Shown: piece after piece, positions 31,329-38,700 of the stretch | Layout: each line of letters begins with the position of its first letter | Numbering within the stretch: the first letter of the stretch is position 1 | NCBI GenBank assembly: GCA_964057225.1 | Contig: OZ059896.1 | Location: 19,220,001-19,284,000 of the forward strand | Source of the DNA: Auanema rhodensis | Lineage: Eukaryota > Animalia > Nematoda | Length of the DNA: 64,000 nucleotides | Reading direction: 5' to 3' | The notes under the pieces: generated by a model | What the model was told of the DNA's origin: nothing | Databases searched by the model: none | What the model saw: only the letters and a program-made list of their open reading frames with translations | Translations under genes and position numbers: made by a program

Positions 31329-31331
31329 AAT
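31329..31331 (+). repeat. Left AAT crossover trinucleotide (partner at 35755-35757)
   Basis: Empty site GAAA-AAT-GATG; left junction GAAA-AAT-TATT; right junction ATAT-AAT-GATG; circle junction from the ICR ATAT-AAT-TATT. Confidence 0.9.
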
Positions 31332-31366
31332 TATTCTATTTTACTAGTCTACGACGTTAAATAAGA
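31332..31366 (-). other. 3'-terminal extension (rE) beyond the ITR
   Basis: TATTCTATTTTACTAGTCTACGACGTTAAATAAGA is present at this end only and is mirrored in the ICR, as in DIRS-1 elements. Confidence 0.9.
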
Positions 31367-31512
31367 ATTATATTTATTCGAAATGCTTTATTTCGTAATA
31401 GGTCCTCACATAAAACAAACAAAAAAAATTCAAATTATCTCTCAGGTTCCCTTTCCCACGTTTCTTTGGGCGGGAAACAGTGAGAGTAAGCGATCGTCCT
31501 TATTCATTTCAG
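31367..31512 (+). repeat. 3' inverted terminal repeat of the DIRS element (146 bp)
   Basis: Matches the reverse complement of 35612-35757; identity stops after ATTTCAG. Confidence 0.95.
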
Positions 31513-31758
31513 GTGTCCGAAAAAGGAAGAATAGAAAGGCAGCATAACAATAACAAAATAAAAGAACAATAGTAACAGAAGGAAAGGAAAGGCTGCGGAT
31601 AGCAGGCAGCATGCTAATCTATCTCTTGCGGTCGTAGTTGGTGCGTTGTGCAGGCTTGAATCTGGAAAGTTATGATAAAGACATCGAAAGTGGGCGAGCT
31701 CGAGTGGAAGTCCTCAGGTTGGTTAGCGGGAGCGCAGTAGGGGTGGAGGTGGGAGATA

Positions 31759-31831
31759 TTCGAATAAATATAATTCTTATTTAACGTCGTAGACTAGTAA
31801 AATAGAATAATTATATTTATTCGAAATGCTT
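31759..31831. other. Internal complementary region (ICR), template for the circular cDNA junction
   Basis: 31759-31812 is the reverse complement of 31329-31382 (54 bp), and 31810-31831 is the reverse complement of 35736-35757 (22 bp). The halves overlap by ATT. It lies just past the YR stop codon (31834-31836). Confidence 0.93.
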
Positions 31832-31833
31832 CT

Positions 31834-32080
31834 TCAAAAAAGAATCTTGGACTGGAACGAGGTTCTTCGCTCATAGTGGGTGAAGAAGGTTTTTTCTGAA
31901 GCCCAGTTAGCCGCCTTGAGGATGTCGCCTATAGGTAGACCTTGCGCTAGTGCCTTCGAGGTCACAGCCGAGCGTGTTGAGTGAGCTTTGAAGGTAGTGG
32001 GTATGCCCGCGCTGTGCAGGGTCTTTCTAATCCAACCAGAAATGGTGGTGGGTTCCACTGCTGCTAAAATTCTTTCTGTT
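31834..32080 (-). pseudogene. Tyrosine recombinase, C-terminal catalytic part in the +1 frame
   Basis: TISGWIRKTLHSAGI...FKAHSTRS (H-x-x-R), ILKAANW, TFFTHY (catalytic Tyr). It continues the upstream YR ORF if the frame shifts near 32060-32090. Confidence 0.88.
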
Positions 32081-33103
32081 AAGAAAGAGGCATCTTGTTC
32101 GGCGGAGTTCCATGGTTCGAGATAGGTATTCATTTATGCAGTTAATAGGGCACAGGTTATTGCGTGTGGGGAAGTTCTCGAACTTCGCTTCATGCGGGGG
32201 TCCCTTAGATCTGTTTTTATTGCGTTTATTTATGAAGAAAGTTAACCCTTCTGCGTCGATACGCATGTGATCTAGGGAGAAAACGGCCAATTCGCTCACC
32301 CTCTTTGGAGAGCATAGGGCCAATAGAGTGGCTAGCTTGTGAGTGAGAGACTCTAGGCTGAGTTGGACGTTGGGGCCCAGCCTATCAAGGAAGTCCAAGA
32401 CTTCGGAGGGGTCCCAGGTGTCTACGTACCTAGCCCCTGAAGGCTTCTCTCTGAACAAACCCCTCATGAGGCGGAGGAGCAGCACGTTCTCCTTTAGGGA
32501 GGGGGAGACCCCTAGGTGATCGGCCAATGCGGATATCGCTACCTTGTGTATGCGTACTGTGGAGAAGGCCTTAGTTTGAGCGAGAAATGATAGATAGTTA
32601 GCAACCGTTACTGGGTTGGGAGTAAAAGGTATCTTCTGCTTATTGCAGTAAGCTTTCCAGTTCTTGAGAGCACAGCCGTACTGTTTGCGTGTTCCTGGGG
32701 CCCAGGATTCGTTTAGGAGTCTCTTAGTCTCTGCTGTTACTCCCTCAAAGGAGTTTGTTAAATCTTCCACGCTGCTAATTGGAAATTCGGCGACTGCAGG
32801 AGAGGATGTGGGTTTCCTTCCCGGTCGGACAGCAGGTTCGGGTGTTGGAGCAGCAAGGGAGGCTCCTTGGATCTCTCTTGGAGTAGGGGAAACCACATTT
32901 GGCTCTTCCAGAATGGTGCTATCACTATAGCCGACCTCTGGGAGCTGGCGAGCTTTCCTAAGGTCTTGTGCAGGAGGTGGAAAGGTGGAAATACGTAAAG
33001 TAATCCGTCTGGCAGCTGCTGCCAATTGAACAAGAGTGCGTTCACTCCTAATGCGGCGCAATCTGGAAAGAAGGAGTAGAAAAGGGCGCATTTGGCGTTC
33101 CAA
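32027..33103 (-). CDS. Tyrosine recombinase, N-terminal part (core-binding domain and catalytic Arg box I); truncated by frameshift
   Basis: SWAPGTRKQY..WKAYC, VANYLSFL, HKVAIS, LMRGLFREKP..RY..TWD, KLATLLALCSPKRVSEL, LCPINCINEYLSRT. The first ~115 codons overlap the MT domain in another frame, so the true start is uncertain. Confidence 0.88.
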   Translation of the reverse strand: MERQMRPFLLLLSRLRRIRSERTLVQLAAAARRITLRISTFPPPAQDLRKARQLPEVGYSDSTILEEPNVVSPTPREIQGASLAAPTPEPAVRPGRKPTSSPAVAEFPISSVEDLTNSFEGVTAETKRLLNESWAPGTRKQYGCALKNWKAYCNKQKIPFTPNPVTVANYLSFLAQTKAFSTVRIHKVAISALADHLGVSPSLKENVLLLRLMRGLFREKPSGARYVDTWDPSEVLDFLDRLGPNVQLSLESLTHKLATLLALCSPKRVSELAVFSLDHMRIDAEGLTFFINKRNKNRSKGPPHEAKFENFPTRNNLCPINCINEYLSRTMELRRTRCLFLNRKNFSSSGTHHHFWLD

Positions 33104-35580
33104 GTGGACGCGAACAGGTCTATTTTGGGTTCACCCCATTTGGAAAATATTGATCTAGTGATCTCCGGATGGAGCGACCAGTCTTCCTTCAAAATTCTGC
33201 CGCGGGACAGGCAGTCGGCAGCCGTATTGATTTTTCCCGCTATATGCGATGCTCTGATTCTGAGCTTACGGGTATCGGCAAATTGCCATAACTCCAGTGC
33301 TAATCTAGTGCCCTTCTGGGATTGACTCCCGCCCCTACGGTTGATGTAGGCAATGGCAGAAGTATTATCTAAGAGTAAGAGAACGTCGAGATTGCGCCAG
33401 GTCTTGCCGAACTCTGTTAGACCCTTCGTTGCTGCAATCAGCTCCAGCCAGTTTATATGGTAGTTAATGCGTTCTGCCTCGGACCAAGATCCTGACAAGG
33501 TATTACCTTCCCACGAAGCGCCAAAACCCTCCAGGGAGGCATCTGAGGTAATGGAGTATCGGGGAGAAAAGGGCGTGAGCGAGGATACTTCTGATAGACG
33601 GGGAACGTCCTTGGTTCGAAGATCCTCCAGGATCTTTCTTAACGATCGATCTATTCTTAGAATCTGAGGGAAGGCATTGGGATCATTTACGTTCGTAATT
33701 CCTTTAAGCCGTAGGTGGAAGTGCAGTTCACGGTTTCTGAAGGAGAGGTTAGGTGCTACCAGAGACGCAAAGTTCAATTTTCCCATTAGCGAGGCTAATG
33801 CTCTTATACTCAGCTCTGATTGAGCTGTTAAACGAGTGAGAGACTCGAGCAAACCGTTTTTCTTGGCCTTTGGGAGAGACCAGCTCATCGATCTTGAATT
33901 CAGCTGAATACCAAGAAATTCTATTTCTTGTGTGGGTATCATAATTGATTTATCCCAGTTTATCGTAAAACCCGCGCGATCAAAAGTAATTAGAATCTCT
34001 GTTAGTTGGGACCTGAGACAATCAGGATCCTCCGAGATGAACAGCCAGTCATCTAAGTAGTTGATGAGATTGATCCCTTTACCCCGAAAATGGGATACCA
34101 GAACACGCATTAGCTTATGGAATATGTAGGGGGCTGAGCTCAGCCCAAAAGGGAGTGCTCTAAATAGGAAAGTGCGCCCCTCTGCTGTGAAAGCTAGGAA
34201 GGGTTGATCCTTCGGATCGATACTAATCGCGTGGTAGGCTGAATGGAAATCGATTTTGATCATGAAATTATCCTGTCGTAGGAGCGACGGGATGTCCCGA
34301 AGGGATTCTAGCTTGAACTTGGGTACTCGGAGAAAAGTGTTCAGGCGCTTTAAATTGAGGATGAAACGGGCCGTGCCGTCCGCCTTGGGAACGTGGAAGG
34401 TCGGGGATATGAAAACCTTCTCCCTCGGGGCGGCCTCTCGAATGGCGCCAGTGTACAGCAGTTCCTGGATATCCGACCTGGGTTGCTCCGGCAAGGTAGA
34501 GCAGATGGGTGGCAGCGATAAAGGTGGAGGTGTGCGGGCAAAGGGGAGACTATAGCCCTGAACCGCGTTAAGGATCTCCTTGTCCCTGGAGATGGACGCC
34601 CAAAAGGTTGTGGTGGAGGATACCCGGCATGCGAAAGGAAAAGTGACTAACCTCTTTCTCTGGTTAGTAGCGAACGTTGAGAAGGTAGCTTGTCTCTTGG
34701 GGGCTGAGCGTGGCCGTTGGGCATCATTCCTGCGAGGAGTTGTTCTGGAGCTTCTGGACAGTTCGGAGTACGACGATAGTTCTGCTCTGAGCTTCTTGCC
34801 AAACAGTTCGGGTGCCGAATCCTCTGGAGCGTTGTCTACCGGGATCACGGTTCCATAGATGGGGGACTTCTTGAAGCTAGGCATGGCTCGGTAGGGTTGA
34901 GAGATCTTCATCTTGGTTAGAGCACACTCTCGCAAGTTGGTGCAGTGGGTCTTGATGTTAGCGCTGAGGAAGCGCTCCACTATGGCAAAGTATGCCTCCT
35001 GTTTTGTTGACAGACGAGAGTCCCTATCTATCCTGCCCAGCTTGCGAATTATCTTGATGTTAGAAAGAACGATTAGATCATTCTCGTATGCCGTGCGTAT
35101 CTCAGCTTCGGACAGACGGATAGTGGGCTTGATGTTATTGTCCACGTGAGTAGTGTAGCGGTCGTCCAAGACCGGTAGTCGAGCGAACGGTGAGTCGATA
35201 TTTGGGAGTTCCGAGATGAGCTCAGCTCTCTCGGTCGAGGACATGAGCAGTCCCGAGGCGAGTCTCTCGAAATCAGCAGTCTCGGAGGAAGATAGGCGAA
35301 CGAGTGGCCTAGATCTGGGTCCATGTGCCTCCGGTGGCATGGGGACCGTTTCGTCTTCGTCGTCCTCTGAATAGAGGTCCTCTTTCTCGGGCTGGTCCGA
35401 GTTCGGAGGTGGTGGGGAAGGAGCTTCTACCCTTCTCCTCTCGACGTGTTGACGGTCGGTGGAGATAGACGTTGGAGATGTTGAGCGTGACGATCTCGAA
35501 GAAGAAGAGCTGAAGGCTCGTACTCTTCTCGGAGAAGTTTCAGTCGGGGCTTGTCCCTGACGAGTGTGGCTTGGAGCCAT
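32758..35580 (-). CDS. Gag-like / reverse transcriptase / RNase H / Dam-like N6-adenine methyltransferase polyprotein (940 aa)
   Basis: S/R/P-rich Gag-like N-terminus. RT motifs: FHVPKADGTARFILNLKRLN, KIDFHSAY, LPFGLSSAP, YLDD (34048-34059), IEFLG. RNase H motifs: TSDAS, HINWLEL, LDNTSA, NTAADCLSR. MT motifs: IDLFAS, YVFPPF, IAPFWKSQMWFP. C-terminus LAAWKI. Confidence 0.93.
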   Translation of the reverse strand: MAPSHTRQGQAPTETSPRRVRAFSSSSSRSSRSTSPTSISTDRQHVERRRVEAPSPPPPNSDQPEKEDLYSEDDEDETVPMPPEAHGPRSRPLVRLSSSETADFERLASGLLMSSTERAELISELPNIDSPFARLPVLDDRYTTHVDNNIKPTIRLSEAEIRTAYENDLIVLSNIKIIRKLGRIDRDSRLSTKQEAYFAIVERFLSANIKTHCTNLRECALTKMKISQPYRAMPSFKKSPIYGTVIPVDNAPEDSAPELFGKKLRAELSSYSELSRSSRTTPRRNDAQRPRSAPKRQATFSTFATNQRKRLVTFPFACRVSSTTTFWASISRDKEILNAVQGYSLPFARTPPPLSLPPICSTLPEQPRSDIQELLYTGAIREAAPREKVFISPTFHVPKADGTARFILNLKRLNTFLRVPKFKLESLRDIPSLLRQDNFMIKIDFHSAYHAISIDPKDQPFLAFTAEGRTFLFRALPFGLSSAPYIFHKLMRVLVSHFRGKGINLINYLDDWLFISEDPDCLRSQLTEILITFDRAGFTINWDKSIMIPTQEIEFLGIQLNSRSMSWSLPKAKKNGLLESLTRLTAQSELSIRALASLMGKLNFASLVAPNLSFRNRELHFHLRLKGITNVNDPNAFPQILRIDRSLRKILEDLRTKDVPRLSEVSSLTPFSPRYSITSDASLEGFGASWEGNTLSGSWSEAERINYHINWLELIAATKGLTEFGKTWRNLDVLLLLDNTSAIAYINRRGGSQSQKGTRLALELWQFADTRKLRIRASHIAGKINTAADCLSRGRILKEDWSLHPEITRSIFSKWGEPKIDLFASTWNAKCALFYSFFPDCAALGVNALLFNWQQLPDGLLYVFPPFHLLHKTLGKLASSQRSAIVIAPFWKSQMWFPLLQERSKEPPLLLQHPNLLSDREGNPHPLLQSPNFQLAAWKI

Positions 35581-35611
35581 GGACGATCGTATGTGAGGCT
35601 CAACGAAAAAA

Positions 35612-35757
35612 CTGAAATGAATAAGGACGATCGCTTACTCTCACTGTTTCCCGCCCAAAGAAACGTGGGAAAGGGAACCTGAGAGATAATTTGAATTTTT
35701 TTTGTTTGTTTTATGTGAGGACCTATTACGAAATAAAGCATTTCGAATAAATATAAT
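35612..35757 (-). repeat. 5' inverted terminal repeat of the DIRS element (146 bp)
   Basis: Reverse complement of 31367-31512 (ATTATATTTATTCGAAATGC...TTATTCATTTCAG); no mismatch seen on reading. Confidence 0.95.
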
Positions 35758-38700
35758 GATGCATTAGTGTATGTTGAGTTTCCATGTACACTCAACATTG
35801 CTTCCAAAAACATTTCGACAAAAATTTTTTCGAAAAATTTCAAGATAATTTAGCAAAAAGTAGATGTTTTTAGATTCCTTTTTTTAAGGCAAAGACGATG
35901 GACAATGTTATTCAACAAAAAAATTAATTCTTCAGGGTGAAAATCGAGGATATAAGTGTGAACTTATATCAGTTGATATCTCGGTGCATTTTTAAGCTAG
36001 CGCAAATCTGATAACACAGATCGACGCAGCTTAAAAATCCGCATCGAATGCACTATACTACATTGAGAAACGCGTAATACAAAAATTAGTTATGATCGTT
36101 TGAAAAATGATGCATTAGTGTATGTTGAGTTTCCATGTACACTCAACATTGCTTCCAAAAACATTTTGACAAAAATTTTTTCGAAAAATTTCAAAATAAT
36201 TTAGCAAAAAGTAGATGTTTTTAGATTCCTTTTTTCAAGGCAAAGATGATGGACAATGTTATTCAACGAAAAAATTAATTCTTCAGGGTGAAAATCGAGG
36301 ATATAAGTGTGAACTTATATCAGTTGATATATCGGTGCATTTTTAAGCTAGCGCAAATCTCATAACACAGATCGACGCAGCTTAAAAATCCGCATCGAAT
36401 GCACTATACTACATTGAGAAACGCTTAATACAAAAATTAGTTATGATCGTTTGAAAAATGATGCATTAGTGTATGTTGAGTTTCCATGTACACTCAACAT
36501 TGCTTCCAAAAACATTTCGACAAAAATTTTTTCGAAAAATTTCAAGATAATTTAGCAAAAAGTAGATGTTTTTAGATTCCTTTTTTCAAGGCAAAGACGA
36601 TGGACAATGTTATTCAACGAAAAAAATAATTCTTTAGGGTGAAAATCGAGGATATAAGTGTGAACTTATATCAGTTGATATCTCGGTGCATTTTTAAGCT
36701 AGCGCAAATCTGATAACACAGATCGACGCAGCTTAAAAATCCGCATCGAATGCACTATACTACATTGAGAAACGCTTAATACAAAAATTAGTTATGATCG
36801 TTTGAAAAATGATGCATTAGTGTATGTTGAGTTTCCATGTACACTCAACATTGCTTCCAAAAACATTTCGACAAAAATTTTTTCGAAAAATTTCAAGATA
36901 ATTTAGCAAAAAGTAGATGTTTTTAGATTCCTTTTTTCAAGGCAAAGACGATGGACAATGTTATTCAACAAAAAAATTAATTCTTCAGGGTGAAAATCGA
37001 GGATATAAGTGTGAACTTATATCAGTTGATATATCGGTGCATTTTTAAGCTAGCGCAAATCTCATAACACAGATCGACGCAGCTTAAAAATCCGCATCGA
37101 ATGCACTATACTACATTGAGAAACGCTTAATACAAAAATTAGTTATGATCGTTTGAAAAATGATGCATTAGTGTATGTTGAGTTTCCATGTACACTCAAC
37201 ATTGCTTCCAAAAACATTTCGACAAAAATTTTTTCGAAAAATTTCAAGATAATTTAGCAAAAAGTAGATGTTTTTAGATTCCTTTTTTCAAGGCAAAGAC
37301 GATGGACAATGTTATTCAACAAAAAAATTAATTCTTCAGGGTGAAAATCGAGGATATAAGTGTGAACTTATATCAGTTGATATCTCGGTGCATTTTTAAG
37401 CTAGCGCAAATCTGATAACACAGATCGACGCAGCTTAAAAATCCGCATCGAATGCACTATACTACATTGAGAAACGCTTAATACAAAAATTAGTTATGAT
37501 CGTTTGAAAAATGATGCATTAGTGTATGTTGAGTTTCCATGTACACTCAACATTGCTTCCAAAAACATTTTGACAAAAATTTTTTCGAAAAATTTCAAAA
37601 TAATTTAGCAAAAAGTAGATGTTTTTAGATTCCTTTTTTCAAGGCAAAGATGATGGACAATGTTATTCAACGAAAAAATTAATTCTTCAGGGTGAAAATC
37701 GAGGATATAAGTGTGAACTTATATCAGTTGATATATCGGTGCATTTTTAAGCTAGCGCAAATCTCATAACACAGATCGACGCAGCTTAAAAATCCGCATC
37801 GAATGCACTATACTACATTGAGAAACGCTTAATACAAAAATTAGTTATGATCGTTTGAAAAATGATGCATTAGTGTATGTTGAGTTTCCATGTACACTCA
37901 ACATTGCTTCCAAAAACATTTCGACAAAAATTTTTTCGAAAAATTTCAAGATAATTTAGCAAAAAGTAGATGTTTTTAGATTCCTTTTTTCAAGGCAAAG
38001 ACGATGGACAATGTTATTCAACAAAAAAATTAATTCTTCAGGGTGAAAATCGAGGATATAAGTGTGAACTTATATCAGTTGATATCTCGGTGCATTTTTA
38101 AGCTAGCGCAAATCTGATAACACAGATCGACGCAGCTTAAAAATCCGCATCGAATGCACTATACTACATTGAGAAACGCTTAATACAAAAATTAGTTATG
38201 ATCGTTTGAAAAATGATGCATTAGTGTATGTTGAGTTTCCATGTACACTCAACATTGCTTCCAAAAACATTTCGACAAAAATTTTTTCGAAAAATTTCAA
38301 GATAATTTAGCAAAAAGTAGATGTTTTTAGATTCCTTTTTTCAAGGCAAAGACGATGGACAATGTTATTCAACGAAAAAAATAATTCTTTAGGGTGAAAA
38401 TCGAGGATATAAGTGTGAACTTATATCAGTTGATATCTCGGTGCATTTTTAAGCTAGCGCAAATCTGATAACACAGATCGACGCAGCTTAAAAATCCGCA
38501 TCGAATGCACTATACTACATTGAGAAACGCTTAATACAAAAATTAGTTATGATCGTTTGAAAAATGATGCATTAGTGTATGTTGAGTTTCCATGTACACT
38601 CAACATTGCTTCCAAAAACATTTTGACAAAAATTTTTTCGAAAAATTTCAAAATAATTTAGCAAAAAGTAGATGTTTTTAGATTCCTTTTTTCAAGGCAA

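Larger units (their letters stand above)
1..31331. repeat. 351-bp tandem satellite array, left part (89 full monomers plus 92 bp of the interrupted 90th)
   Basis: CAGATCGACGCAGCTTAAAAATCC recurs at 1, 352, 3511, 7021, 14041, 21061, 28081 and 31240, i.e. exactly 1+351n. Monomers differ only by scattered substitutions, with no net indel over 31 kb. AT-rich, and no ORFs in the supplied track. Confidence 0.99.
31329..35757 (-). mobile_element. Full-length DIRS1-like tyrosine-recombinase retrotransposon inserted in the satellite
   Basis: Visibly GC-richer island bounded by inverted terminal repeats. It has a 3' extension, an ICR complementary to both ends, a Gag-RT-RNaseH-MT ORF and a YR ORF, with no integrase or protease motifs. 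This is the diagnostic DIRS1 architecture. Confidence 0.96.

Noticed and set aside
1-31331. CRISPR array or tandem RNA gene cluster (5S, SL, tRNA)
   Set aside because: There are no unique spacers, the whole 351-bp unit repeats, and no recognisable 5S, tRNA or SL sequence was found.
32060-32180. Intron explaining the YR frameshift (TTTTAG acceptor)
   Set aside because: The only nearby upstream GT donors would remove the conserved CP..C..EYL.RT segment.
32664-35149. Short plus-strand ORFs (88, 77, 66, 99, 92 and 78 aa)
   Set aside because: They are antisense shadows of the GC-richer gag-pol and YR coding sequence and carry no recognisable motifs.
34350-35324. Minus-strand alternative-frame ORFs of 63 and 83 aa
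   Set aside because: Short, nested in the polyprotein, with no motifs.
31329-35757. DNA transposon, LTR element, or PAT/Ngaro-type element
   Set aside because: It encodes RT and YR with no DDE enzyme, and the termini are inverted with an ICR rather than LTRs or split direct repeats.
35738-35822. CATTTCGA shared between the ITR end and the satellite variant next to the insertion
   Set aside because: An 8-bp match in AT-rich sequence ~55 bp from the junction is not distinguishable from chance.
35427-35843. 138-aa minus-strand ORF running from the satellite into the element
   Set aside because: It starts in satellite sequence and crosses the ITR, so it is a chance product of this junction.
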